A stretch of 61,751 nt of DNA, counting the filler, from Choristocarpus tenellus KU-1152 (Eukaryota > Protista > Phaeophyceae): NCBI GenBank assembly GCA_964200185.2. It is 7 parts of 7 records of this genome, joined end to end, with 100 filler letters (N's around TTAATTAATTAA, not from the genome) between each part and the next. Parts side by side here need not be neighbours in the genome. Positions count along the whole stretch, not along the records: positions 1 to 29,215 come from CAXNAD020000112.1; 6 more parts are not named here. One strand, 5' to 3'. Positions 9,922-28,502 of this stretch are shown in pieces. How positions within the stretch are numbered: position 1 is the first letter of the stretch; every line of letters begins with the position of its first letter. The translations under genes and the position numbers were made by a program. The notes beneath the pieces were generated by a model that was given only the letters and a program-made list of their open reading frames with translations, did not search any database and was not told the DNA's origin.

Positions 9922-12900
9922 ATGAATTCTCTAAAAGCTGTGCGGTCAGCCTTCCGCCGCTCTCCTAAGTGGCAAGCAACTGGACTGGCAATGGGACTGG
10001 CAATGACTGCCTTTGCCGCTACGCCGCAATTTGCAGAGGGAAAGGCCAGTCAGGACAGGTGTATCCCGTGCGGTATTATGAGGGGTGGATACATTGGATG
10101 GGCATAGAGAGCTAGTATCATGTTCAGACCGGTGATTTGATCCATACCTCCATCGTAGATTCTGAGACCAAGAAGGAAATTTGGTGGTTACGGGCAAGCT
10201 AATCCTCGACAAATCATAACGTAGAACCCCATTGAGCCATGAAGTCACCAATGAAGTTGAGTGCATTGATTGCGCAATTTCAGGCTTTGATGCACTCAGA
10301 TGGCACCCGTTACCCTCACGCACCGTCTGTCGATGTGGTTATAAGTATACCTCTAGCCATCCCATAATGCATACATTCAATACCCCTCACAGTGTTTCAT
10401 TTCCAAGTTCTGTGGGATTGAAATTTCATTGCTATCCACTGAAACCACCCATGGTACTCCCTCACCTCACCCCAGTCCAAGTGGTGGCGATGTTTCCAAC
10501 AGTACAGGCGACGAAAAAAGTGAAGATGCTTCTGCCGCACCTCCACGACCCCCCCCCACTGGCCCCATGGTAGCCGTCTATTTGGACGATAAATCGGTGG
10601 AGACACTCCACGCCTTGTACCCTGAGGCCCGTGTGGCAAGGCTGCGGAAGGTGGTGCTTCAATACAACCCCACTAATGAGGAACGAAACATGTACGAACC
10701 ACTCTTTGGTGGAAACGCTACCGTAAAGGTGATGAAAGGGATGGATGAGGTGGTATGTCGCCTAGGGTTAACCATTTATGTTGATTGCAGCTTCAAAACA
10801 AATGTCGAGTGGAGTATTTAAGTTGATTACCCCGGCGTCTACTCAAGTCTTGCGCAAGAGACGTTTAATCTTTGCAGGTGGTCTACCTTTGATCCATATG
10901 CATCTGTAGCTTTGGAGTAGTTGTTCAACTTCCTCCTCTACCTGTCGTCTGTGACTATGCTGGAAGTTATTTTTTCGATTTTTCTTGTAGTATCATGAGT
11001 AGTATTCTCAGTTGTCTGACACTGCCTATGCCAAGCTCATCAACATACAGTGAATCTCCTTCCATACCCAACTTACCCAATTTGCATTCTGTTTGCAGCT
11101 TTGGTTTGAGGTAAACACTGTTTACTGCTTCAATGAATGATAGCCCCATGTTCTGTGCCTATGTTCTTCTCAAGGTTCTGGGAGAAGCTACCAGTTCAGG
11201 CAACCATGCATTGACAGCCTCTGTGTGGTATGCAGGGGGACGTGTGAAGAGTCACAGCCTATCTCCTGCCATCGACCTGGCAGAAGAGGCAGAGAGTGGG
11301 GGGCCACTAGCCTGTGCAGCCTTGGCAAAGCAGACCAAGCGAGCAGGGGCAACCAAGCAGGTGAAGGGAAGGACTAGAGGTAGAGAGAAAGGGTTACTGT
11401 ACAACTGCTAAATATTGGTATATGGTACATACATTAAGTCAATCCTCACCATTTTTAATTGCTATGTGGATGCAGTGGCTCTTCCTGGAAAACATATTTT
11501 GTCATTTTTCACAAAAAGTGTTACTGATGATGCAACTTCATATATTGATTCATGTTATGTACCTTAGTCCCTTGTGGGCAGGAGAACCTATTGCATGCAG
11601 TACATGATTCAACTTGGAGATCTCGGATATGTACCATGCTTGAAGCACATAATTCAGAGTTGTGTTGCACAGATTCATGGATATATTTTTGATTTGAGGG
11701 TCTAACTTCTGTTCGTGGATCTTGCGTTGCGGGAAAATCCCAGTTGACAACCCACACCTGCGCTCAGCAGTTTGGGCAAATAACTTCAGCATTGTCCACT
11801 CTTTTTTTCTCTCCACTCTCCTTTTTTGGCTTTCGGTGGTATGTATGTGATCAAAATCATCCCTGTGCTTTACCCAAAAGAGTGCATGCACATGGTGCAA
11901 TTTGGTGTTATTCATGATACATGAGGACATCCCCTTCTTTGTTGCAAAGTACTCACTCCTCTTCCCTGCATTTTACCAAAACCAAGTAAAACTGCTGTTC
12001 TGTTATTCAAAGAAGCAAAAAAACAACTATCTCAGGCAGTCAGCAATGTTCCACTCAGCAATGCATGAAAACCTAGTGGGGGGCGAATAGGGCCAATGCC
12101 CAAATCGAAAATGAACCTATCATAAGTGATCCCAGCCCCCCTGAACACCGCAACCATCTGCCTCTCCAACACAGTCATCCTGGACAGGTGAACTGCCAGC
12201 CCTGACAGCATATAATAGGCACTTTCCAGCCGCAGAAGGCAAATACGAGAAGTTGAAGAAGCCAATTAAGCTCACTGGCTCTATCTGCCGAGCAGACTGG
12301 GTGGATGGGCCATCTGCAAAGTGCAGAGTGCCAGTGACTGAAGAGGAGTTGGATGAGCGGAGGAAGTGGGAGCCGTCAGGGTGTCACTTGTGCAACACCC
12401 TTAGAGGTAGCCCATGCCACGACATATTTCGAAGGTAAACTGTAATATAATGCTTCCCAGAGCAAGAACTGGTAGTGGGTGTCCCTTGTCTGGAGTTGTG
12501 GTCACCACTGTCTCTGAACTTTGCTGTCATTTTGGTGGAACATGCTTTTTCTATGCGAGTGTACTTTTCCTAAAGTTGGTATGAGATGTGTATACAGGGG
12601 TATGGCCACGCCCCCTTTGAAGTTTATCTTTTTTCTGGAACAAAGTATCTAGGATTCAAAAACTGTAATATCAGTAAATCACTGTCAAAGGTGTGGTACC
12701 GTGAGGTTTTGGGTCAAGATCCTATAAAGGTACAATCCCCCGTAAGACTCACCTATTCCAAATATTTATTGACCCCTTGATTCCTACTCTCTTTCACAAT
12801 GGATGTCAGCGCATCAACCTTGATGGTATATTCTAGCTCTGATTATGGACAACTGTCTCCCTTTTTTCCTGCCATTTTTCATCCACGATGTTGGAATGCG

Positions 12901-13409
12901 GCACACATTAATGGTTGCATGGTGATACATGTATGTGACGGTAATGGTTTGTTCCTTACAGGTGGGAAGCCCTGAGTGAATTGGTAACCAAATCAGAGAA
13001 GTGGAAGCAGGAGGTTGAAGAAGGTGGTAATGTGGATAACAGTGGAAGTGAGGAGGAGGAGGTCATGGAAGACAACGACAGTAGTGATGTAGAAGGAGGG
13101 GATGGAAAAGATGGACGGAATGGAGCTGTGTCTGAGAAAGATTCATTGGCAGCTACAGCTTCTAGAACGTCTGAGGAGACAGAAGGCAGCAAAGTTGGCG
13201 CAGGAGAAGGGCAAGCTGGTGAGGGTGGGGGAGGAGAAACTGGTGCAGGAGGGGGTGGAACAGGAGAAGTAGATGTTATTGAAGACCCAGAGGCAGAGGA
13301 GAGATACCGCAAGCTTATGGATGACATGGTGGCTGCCACTATGGAGATGCGAGACTGCATTGACTACCATGATGTTTTTGCTGAGGTTGAGGCAGATATG
13401 GGTAGCTAA
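9922..13409 (+). CDS. Putative mitochondrial protein: presequence-like N-terminus, degenerate 2H-phosphoesterase-like domain, GCK/Mia40-like C-terminal domain with acidic insert. Exons 9922-10058, 10476-10728, 11175-11360, 12175-12434, 12962-13409
   Basis: Five exons join in frame with GT-AG junctions (phases 2,0,0,2). N-terminus MNSLKAVRSAFRRSPKW is Arg/Ser-rich and acid-free. C-terminus GCHLCNTLRGSPCHDIFRRWE...MEMRDCIDYH resembles the GCK domain. Gene model is firmer than the domain calls. Confidence 0.75.
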
Positions 13410-15577
13410 GAGATGTGTCATGTTATTAGTAGTGTGGAAGCAGGGTTCATGATGGGACAGGTAGGAGAAAAGGCCAGGTCGAAAATATTGGCGTGGTGGA
13501 AGATACAGAGATTAAGAACTACGCACAAAAGGCAGAATTGGCATTCATCCTGAACCAGGAGGAAGGAAAAGATAGACTTGAAAGGGGTACTGGTAAAAAT
13601 ATGAATCGAAAGATTTTGTCAGTATATTAGCTAAATTTTCGTATAGTTCTCAACGTATTCAACTTGAAAAACAAGGAAATCAATACCAGAGTACACTATG
13701 GACGTACACCCAGCGGATTGAAGTAATTGAATTGAATCCATCATTCAATATTGATTAGTGTTCATCACTTTGATTCACAACACTAGATGATGGTGCTTAG
13801 GTGCATGCTTATATTGTACTGGTAATGCAATGCTCAACTCTAGGATAGAGAGAAGTAGAGGTATGCATTCATATATTCTAGTTACTCCCTTGGATATCAT
13901 GGGTGGTGCTTTTCTTGCTGTAATCTATGGAGAGACACTTGGTGCCTTCCCAATGCCTGTAATCTGTCACTAGTGTGCGTGTGAGTGTGTGTGTACTGTA
14001 GAAAGCCATCGATGATGAGCAAGCCCAACAAAGACAGACGTCAACCAAGGCACTCGGCATGACATTTCTGTGTCCACAAGGCAAGGAGAACGGTTATGGT
14101 CTTAATATCAACAAACAGGATAAAACATTTAACGTGAAGTTAGCTACTGTCAAAGGTGTTCATGTCTGGGAAACTTTCAGATGGGAAGCAGATGCAGGCA
14201 GGAGAAGCGATGGTGTGAGGGTCTGGAAGATATTTTGAGCAGTTTGGGACCTTGGTCAAGTGGTGGTGTACAAGGGTGGAAATTGAAAGGTATAATAGTA
14301 TGCATAGTCAATGGAACTGAGTACTCCCTTGATGAATGGGATGTCACAGAAGCTGGGAGACCTTACTCATCCCACACCAAAGAGCAGCAAAATCAGTTCA
14401 AGCAGACAATAAGGTACACTCATGCTCTTTACTGCCTGTTACGTTCTCATCATTTCTTTTCTTAGCCTTTTGTGTTTAGCTCTTGTGATATGTCATGGGT
14501 GATGCTTGGATAGATAGATGGAGTAACCCTTAGTTTTCCATTTTCCTGTAAGACCTCGGTGATGCTGATGATGTCCTACCCCAGTTTGGGGTACAAATGG
14601 GTATTGTCTGTGTGTTGACTGCCTAGGATACATCCAGTCCTCTACTTTCCTTATATTCTCTTTGTTTGACCCTCAAATTATCTTTAGTTCTTCCCCAACT
14701 ATGCTACCTTTTGACTACAGGTCTAGGACTCCTCAGATTGGCGAATAAATGCAATCATTGTATCAATTGTTTTTGTTTTTTCACTAATTCTCAAGAGCAT
14801 GGCAAAAACACGTTCAATGCCAGGAAGGCATAAAATATGTATCCAACTGCAGGTTTTAACAGCAAGTAGTGCAGCCTGTACACACGTGTAGCATTTTTGA
14901 AGTGTCACAAGAGACTGCGTCTCTGCAAGCACTGTATCATGTCCTGCCTCAAGTTAAAGAGCCTCAACAAGACTAATCTGCTATCCTCACACGTTCGTGG
15001 CCAGTGCAGTCAGAGCATTGCGTAAATTGCACAGCACAGCGTAGTACGCCTGTTGAACGCAGACGACCATGCGTGGTTGGTAGTCTACACCATAGATAAA
15101 GCAAAATCATTCTAAATTGAATGTGCGTCCGATCCCATTTTCGAGGGACTGAAGGCAACAGGTACGGGTCGCGAACCGTCAATACGTATTGTGTAGTATC
15201 TCACCCAGTTGATCTTACAAAGGCGATAGGTGTTTATGGGCATTGATTGGATCTCACTCAGTCCCATTTCTTTACTCTGATTTACCTGGAGGAGAAAGTA
15301 GGTATATTTGTACCTTCCCTCTGTTGTGCGTTGAAGAGCTTCACCCATCACCTAGTGGCTTGTATATCCAGCCAGCAGGATCCAATTGATCATCACACAC
15401 GATGTATAAGGCAGCACGCACCAAAGATGAAGACGAGGATGGACAGGACGAGTGAGAAGGGAACGCGCGCTGCGCGCCTTGCTTTAATGTTGCTCATCAC
15501 AATATTTTTCCCCTACAGACTTCACTGTGGTCCTTATCTCACTTCCTTCATCCACACCCCTAAAGAAGGAAATCAGC

Positions 15578-16747
15578 ATGACCTCGTCAGACCTTTGTGA
15601 CATTATTTGGCGAGAATTAGTGAGACTGCGGGATGACGTGGTACGCCCAGGAAAAGATGGCATCTATGAAGACATGGCCGCTTACGAAGCCTGTCGTGCT
15701 GTGGCCAAGGCCCTAGAAGCAACGGCAAACATGCCTCGACATGATTTCCTGTCGATATTTGAACGATTGGCGGAGCCAATACGCCTTGACAATATTTTTC
15801 GTGCAATAGTGGATAGTGAAGAACATCCGGCCCTCCAAAACGCTTGCTACATGGTTCTTACTGGTGTGGTAGAAGTGGAGTGTGTACATGAAACACTTAT
15901 GGGTCGGCAGGATGTGATGCGTAGTATCCTAGCTGTTCTAGCTTCTCCAAGGAAGCGACGCATCTCCCCAGCCAGCTGGATTTACAATGTGACTCCGGCT
16001 TCGGCCGCTACAACATCACTAACGGGCCTGTGCTCTAGTTGTGGTACCCTGAAACCAGCTTATGCTAAGAGTTGGATAAAACTTGGTGCACTACGTGCCC
16101 TTGCGTCGGCCATAGATGGGCAAGCAGGCTTCGACGATTCTGATGTTATCACGGAGACAATACCACAGTGTTTTTTTGTTATGGGTGCAGCTTTTCTTGC
16201 AGGGGCTGGGGAAGCTGCACCAGTGGGGGACAAAATACTCTTGGGGAAGGCCTGGCTTACCCTCTTTGCGGACCGACCAGAGTGGGTAAATCCTCTCGCC
16301 CATGATCACCTTGCAGACCTGTTCCGCCGACCTAATTGGCTAACCGACGTGGTTCATCAGATACCTGTAATAGTCAGAAAACGGGCTGTGGCAACTGCAA
16401 CAGCATACAAACGCAATCGAGAGGGGGCATGGACTGCAAAAGGTGTGCACGAGCTTGCTACTGTGCTGGGCTCACATGGTGATGGAAACAAGAGCAATAT
16501 GAGCGAGGGACTGGGGTCTGGCGATGCCAATACAAAATTTTGCTCGAGGAAATGTTCTTGGTCGATGTGTGATATGCGACCCAACACATCCGTGCCTAGA
16601 CTGGGCCAAGAGGAAGAACAAGGTATGACTGTGCCATTGTTCAAGTGCTGTTCCCGTTGCAAGGTTGTCATATACTGCTCCAGGGATTGCCAGCGGGCAC
16701 ATTGGAAGGCAGGGCACAAATGGACATGCCGCCCACCAATGCAGTAA
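15578..16747 (+). CDS. MYND-type zinc finger protein encoded by one uninterrupted ORF
   Basis: ORF 15527-16747 with first ATG at 15578. C-terminal CSWSMC...KCCSRCKVVIYCSRDCQRAHWKAGHKWTC is a canonical zf-MYND; the N-terminal region looks helical. Confidence 0.88.
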   Translation: MTSSDLCDIIWRELVRLRDDVVRPGKDGIYEDMAAYEACRAVAKALEATANMPRHDFLSIFERLAEPIRLDNIFRAIVDSEEHPALQNACYMVLTGVVEVECVHETLMGRQDVMRSILAVLASPRKRRISPASWIYNVTPASAATTSLTGLCSSCGTLKPAYAKSWIKLGALRALASAIDGQAGFDDSDVITETIPQCFFVMGAAFLAGAGEAAPVGDKILLGKAWLTLFADRPEWVNPLAHDHLADLFRRPNWLTDVVHQIPVIVRKRAVATATAYKRNREGAWTAKGVHELATVLGSHGDGNKSNMSEGLGSGDANTKFCSRKCSWSMCDMRPNTSVPRLGQEEEQGMTVPLFKCCSRCKVVIYCSRDCQRAHWKAGHKWTCRPPMQ

Positions 16748-17799
16748 CAGGAGGATGGGGGCAAGATGTGAGTGTAGCTACGAATCCACTGGTTTCCTTT
16801 GAACACTGGTCATTTTCTATGTGTTGGAAACTTTCACAAGTAGAACAGCTTCAAGATCATTGTGTCAACAGCTTATTCTTGCAAATTACGCATGGTTGTC
16901 GTCACGCCTCCTGACAGGAGGAGGCTCTGAGCAAAAACTGCTACCAGTTCTTGCTTGTGAAGTATTCAAATTCAGGAAGAAATATGGCCTAGAAGAAATT
17001 TGACCTAGAGTATCATGCAAACTTGGACTAGAATATATGATACTCAAGTATTGTCCTCAGGACTCGACCAACACATCTATTCATTGACTGGATTTGCACA
17101 ATGCAATCCCACACAATGGGTAGAACGATTTGGTATCTCAAAAGATTGCAGTACTTCCTGTTTTCTTCAACATGAAGTTCACATGCTTCTCAAAGTATGT
17201 GTCGTTGTGCCAGGATTTGACATCAGTCCTTCCTCACAAAGGGCACCACTATCATGTACATTGATCCACCTCGCTAGCAATCAGCAAAATGATACTCTCT
17301 GCCAGTACAATACTGAATACGGCATAACTACTGAGCTTACAGCACACATGGAAAATGGAGTTTCCATTGATTCTGTGATTTAAGTGTTGGTCTAACAAGT
17401 CAAACATTTGTGGATGTAGAACTCCATTGGTTATGTGACAATGCCCGCTTGCGTGGATACTGAAGGAAGAACTCTTTCTCCCCCTGCATTTCCGCTACAC
17501 ACCAGTCCACCACCATCCAGATGTGCACAAGATATCTAATGTAATGTAAGATATTACATGTAATTCGCGAAAAAAAAATCAGAGGAGGATGCAAGTCGTC
17601 GGAGATGTCAAGGTATGGAAGAGGCTAGCATGATGGAACGTTGGCAAAAGGTGCAGTGTGCTCGCTACGTTTCATATAGTTTGCAGTGCTCAAGTAATTT
17701 GTGCAGTTGTAGGAGGAACTATTATAGTATTACTCACTCCAAATACACCTGGTTATCTCCGATCATTTTAATAAACATTGGGGATGGAGGAAACACTGT

Positions 17800-18420
17800 C
17801 CAACCGCCACCCTGTAGCCAGATGCAGAAGTCAGGATGTTGATGACAAACGCCAGGTACACACACAGATATGCCATCGAGCTGGGGAGCAAGTGCAGTGA
17901 CCGACACCCATGCTGAGACAACTATGTAATGCCAGCTGATGGATGGACGTCCCTTGTGGCCTAGAAAATCGGAAGTCAATTCACCATTGACCAGGAATTG
18001 CGCATGAATGGATGTGACTTTCCACTCTGGGGTGCTGTTCGACACAGTCATTGCTCCCTATCAGGAAAAGATGGTATCCTCCTGGATGTGACCTTCGCAG
18101 AGGTCCAGGTTAACTGTCACCTACAGATCTCCTCATCAAACAACAGCGTCTACTGCTACATCTGAGGCCCTCCAGCAGAACAACTACCACGGATCATTTA
18201 AGCCTTGTAGTAGTAGTTTTAACCTCAATGAAAGGTGGGGATCTTTGGATTTGTTGGGACACAGGCAAAGTAATTTCTGGATGACCAAGTAACTCGTTTT
18301 GTGGATGGTTGGGAGGTCGGGGGGTCCAGCAGGAAAGGAGTGGAAAAGGCGCACCTGCAACACTTTTGTCTCTGTAATGTTGTGTGTACATATCAAGTCA
18401 CTACATGCACGTTTAGAGAG
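17800..18420 (+). mobile_element. Non-LTR retrotransposon remnant, C-terminal zinc knuckle / restriction-like endonuclease region (CRE-like)
   Basis: Frameshifted motifs HTQICHRAGEQV, (LR)MDVTFHSGVLFD, GILLDVTFAEVQ..HL, STATSEALQQNNYHGSF, GGSSRKGVEKAHL recall RLE-type LINE C-termini of brown algae. Boundaries approximate. Confidence 0.65.
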
Positions 18421-20766
18421 GTGGAGACACCTGGCTTGAGGACGAGGTTGGGTCTGACCAACTCCCAGTTGCTTCCCTCGTTTCAAGACTACTTTCATAC
18501 TGAGTGTCAGACAAGCTTCAATTGCGTGCATTGTACGTTCTTGTTAGCAGATATAATACGTGAAGTATGTTTCAACCATTGCATTGTTTGGAAGGCATCT
18601 GTTGTTTGTTTTCCAGTATGATACACTACTGTTGGCATACAAGAAGGCCTTTATCATGAGTAATACAGAAGAAAACACTACTGTTGTGTCCATTGTGTTC
18701 TCTGCCTTGTATGTTGCTTCTTTTCCCCCCCATGGCAATATCTGCAAAAATTCAGTGAGCATAAAATCGTTTTGAACGTTGATAACAAAGTGATTATCTT
18801 TACCGATGAAAGATTTTGCTGGGATTGAAACAGGTTGGTGGGAGTCTGAAACTAACTGATCTTGCATGATATGTAGAAATCGTACAGGATTGCTGAGCAT
18901 CACATTTGTTCGTGTAGTAAGACATGCCTTAACCTTTTTCATTTAGAAAACCAGTGATTACTATAAAAAGAATCCGTGTAAAAGATTATATTCCCATGTG
19001 TAGTCTGCATATTCAAATAGAGAATGTATTTATATCGATGTTCGAGTCCTTTGGATGACAGGGGTACACAGAGACCGTCTTGTCACATTCATTTTATTTG
19101 ACCCCACAATGGAGCAATACTTAGCGATTGCAGCATTTAAAGATCCTACCCAGTCCATTTCTACAAGGGACCCTATGATCATAACCTTGCACATTTTGTC
19201 ACCTCATGGATACTGTTCCTTGCAAGTATCCATACCATGTCACTTGGTTGTTTTCTTGCTAGCAACAAACTGCATTGGCAGACTTGTTCAGAATGGTGTA
19301 ATGCACTTCAAGAAAAAGAGCAAAGAGCAATAACAAGAGTCAAAGTAGTGATCTGTGTGGGAAGAAGTGTGTCAGTGTGAAGACGGGCTTGGACACTGAC
19401 AAAAATATCCCAGGTAACCATAGCCTAGTCTTCTCACTACAACAAACTGTTGGTTTGCTTCCTTGGACTGACTGTAGTGGACAATTATGACTACTGCTAC
19501 TAATACTGTACCATACGCAGTTGACTTAATTATGACCATTCGTGCTTGCGGAAGTTGTTTAGTGAGTGTGGGTACATGGATTACGCATGCGTAGTTGCAA
19601 TAGCTTGTAGTACTTGCAGGCAGTGTTAAAGGGCTGTTTGTCAAGGTTCTGTGCTGTTCATTCATTGGAGGAATCGATCTAGAATTGCATCCAGTAAATT
19701 CCTTGGCAAAAACCCCTTGCCATCTTGCTAGGTGGGTGGGCATGCTGGCTTCTAATGATCCTACTACATAGCAATGGTTGTAACATGAAGTATATTGTAA
19801 GCAATGCAAACTCTACTGTAAGAAAAAAAAGATCAGGAGCTCCACCAACAATGCTGCATCCTCTTCGCATATAGTATGTATACATACAAGTAATGATACG
19901 TGGGCAATGCACTTCCAGGATGACAGGTAAACAATGCACATATTAAAGGTCAAAAGATAATAGTTGCATGAAATTACATACGCTGCTGCTACTATGATAT
20001 TTAAGCTAAAGTGGTGGCTTAATACCTAAGGAAATATTTTGGTGCGTGAAACATGTTCGGCACACACAATGGTCAAGGTACTTCAACAACAAAGTATCTT
20101 GTTGTGATTTGGTGGGGAACAGGTGGCTAGAAGAGAAAAGATGGGTGATGGCATGGGATGCCAAACCTTATCCCTTGAGTTAGTGTGATGAGTGAGGAAG
20201 GGATCATATTATTCTCATCACCACATTTTGGAGCAAAATTCCTGTCGGTCAGACTGTAGCAAGAAGTATTTTCATTCCTCCTTCGAAGTAGCCTGAAATC
20301 TGACCGTTCTTTTTCCTTTTGCATAATGCTGACCCACCAGCCCCCTCTCTTACCTCCTCTCTTTGGGCTTGGAAGTCAAGTGAGTTCATTCAGCAAATTA
20401 ATCAATTTTACTTCCTCCAGGTTGGCAGGCAACTGTGAAGAAGGAAGGACACAGGTCATCATGATCGCTGACTACCCTATTATTTGCCTCGACAAGCAAC
20501 CAAGGAAAATGATCTCTTTTTCGCCTTCTTGTCCTCCTTGTTTTCAAAGTATAAAGCGACAAATCAGCAGCCCTAGAGCTGGCTCTGTAACCCTTCTGAG
20601 CAACAGTTATCTTAGCTGTGCCTATTTCACAACCCAAAGATGTGAATATAATGAAAGAACAGGTATCTCTCCCCCCTTCCCTGCTTCTGCACCCAGAAAC
20701 TCAGGAGCATGACTTCATACCCTATAGATCTTGCAACCCAATGACCTCTAGAGAGTGAAAGATCAC

Positions 20767-26333
<5,567 letters not shown>

Positions 26334-28466
26334 CTTTCACAATCAAACACACACACACATACACACAAACACAAACACAAACACAGTCAAAAACAGTACA
26401 ATATGTCAGTAACACTACCAGCAGCATCAATAGAGCTAAATAAGGTGGTACCACAGCTTGGTAGGACACTATCCCTCCAGTGGCAAATCAACTCAAGGAG
26501 CATCATATCTGGGGAACTGCTGTATATGGTGGGTGGTAAAGGATATAAATGGGACTCCAAGGTGTGGAGGGCTGTAGATATTCCTGAGAAATCAGAGATA
26601 ACTGCCACCTACATGTGGGAAACTCTGTGAGATGGTACGATGGTACGATGGTAGGGATGGAAGGAATTACATCACTTTCAGACAGTATATGCTAATCCTA
26701 CATATCATGGTTGGCATCTCTTAGAGTCTCGATCTTCCACAGATAAACTAAGGCGAATCCCTAACTAAATTCCTGGCAAAGAATATGACTCAACCACAAC
26801 AGCAATAAAGTAATGAACGATGGAGGGATGACCAGGCTTTTTTATTATTCTTATTTATTAATTTACGCTTGTAGAACAGGTGCAAATCATCTGAGTCAGT
26901 TCACAACCGGGGTTAAACACCGCAAAAAGAATACTTTCCAAAAAGAAAAAACTATTTTCAATAAAATAGTACTTTTAAGTAGTCGAGTTAATAATAGAAC
27001 ATTATTATTTTTCAAAACATCACAGCATGTAGTAGTATGTACCTGCATGCACAATGAGGAGTTCTGGACTATGGACATGCCCAAATATACAGAGATACCT
27101 CTTGCCCCACCAAGGCACTATCGAATATTCCTGAGTGAAAACAGATGCTCTGCTAGACAGCTCCCTTCCAAAATACCATATCAAAGAAACCACTTAACAG
27201 CACCCATTCTTCTTGGCAGGGATACAATATGCTACTATGAGGTGGATACCTTGAGAAGAAGGTAAGAGGTGATGTGCAAATCTTGGTCCACACCCAACCA
27301 CAACCTCAACGCTAACGCTCTTCTACCTTTTCAAAAACCTTTTTTTTTGCATTTGTAACTCAAGTTACATACTCCTTCACAGATCCAAGGTTGACGAAAA
27401 TCCACACAAACCAGGTGGTCATAAAGGCTGCTCTATGATGTCCCTGGTGGTACATCACATTCAAAAGCATTCTGAGAAACTCATACCATGCAAGAGATAA
27501 CTGAAGCGGAGGAGGTTTGGATGTCCAAAGCATGCCTTGGCATGGGTGTCGAGAAGGTTGAGGTTAAACAAGCAGTGTGCCTAGTCATGAAAGTCTCAAA
27601 GGTGAACACTCTGACCATCAGTAATGTCGAGCTTATACATAACCCACATCGACATGAGGCAACATGATGGGTTAAGGCCTTCAATGTGTACAATGCGCAT
27701 GTACACTGTGTACATCCGAAATGACATTGTGACCAGATCAACAACCCAAGTACTAATACTCTACAGAGCAGGGAACGCAGTTGAACATCCTTTCCCACAA
27801 GGATTATTCTTACAAGGATTATTCCCACAAGGATTCAGGATCAGATTTGGGTAATGGAGAGGATGATTCTGACAAGGACGGAGCAGATAAGCAGAGCAGC
27901 GATGAGGACTTCGGCAGAGGGGGAACCGAGTCATTTGTCGGGGGAATGAATAGATAGATGGGGTGGGAACTTCCACCTGCAAGTTATACACTAACATTAA
28001 AAAAAATGTACACCTGATTGTGGAGGATATCTCACAGTGTGTGCTTGAGCACCTCTGTGCCTCTCAGAAGGGTACGGCCAGGAGAGGGCTGGGGCAAGGA
28101 TCTTCAGTCACTCTTCCTCTCCTACGTGGTCTACTACTCTAGGGGCAGTTTACATCTTAGACCGGGCAATTGCAAGGGCAATATATGGGAGTGCATAGCA
28201 AACTAATGCATTTTTTGTTTTAGGCAGATGTTGTTTGGGTCATTAAGGATCATCTCACCCAAAGACAACACTTTGAGGTTGGGATTCCAGGTTGTTTGAG
28301 CGTGGGATTTACACTTTTCACCAGGATGTTGCAGTAGCATGTAGACCAGGCAGCGATATGTGATGTATACCATCCATTTATCTATTCTAACAGGTGGTGG
28401 ATGTCTCTTGGTATGCATTTAAGGGCCAGTGACGAGATCATGGCCTGGGTAGGCTTGCACATGGAT

Positions 28467-28502
28467 TAACCCTAACCCTAACCCTAACCCTAACCCTAAC
28501 CC
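28467..28502. repeat. Interstitial telomere-type repeat (TAACCC)6 = (TTAGGG)n
   Basis: Six perfect hexamers, internal to the contig. Confidence 0.9.

Noticed and set aside
12956-13360. 134-aa Ser/Pro-rich minus-strand ORF
   Set aside because: Shadow of the Glu/Gly-rich plus-strand exon.
26490-26600. SRSIISGELLYMVGGKGYKWDSK resembling Copia RNase H
   Set aside because: Similarity is marginal and isolated, with no adjoining element features.
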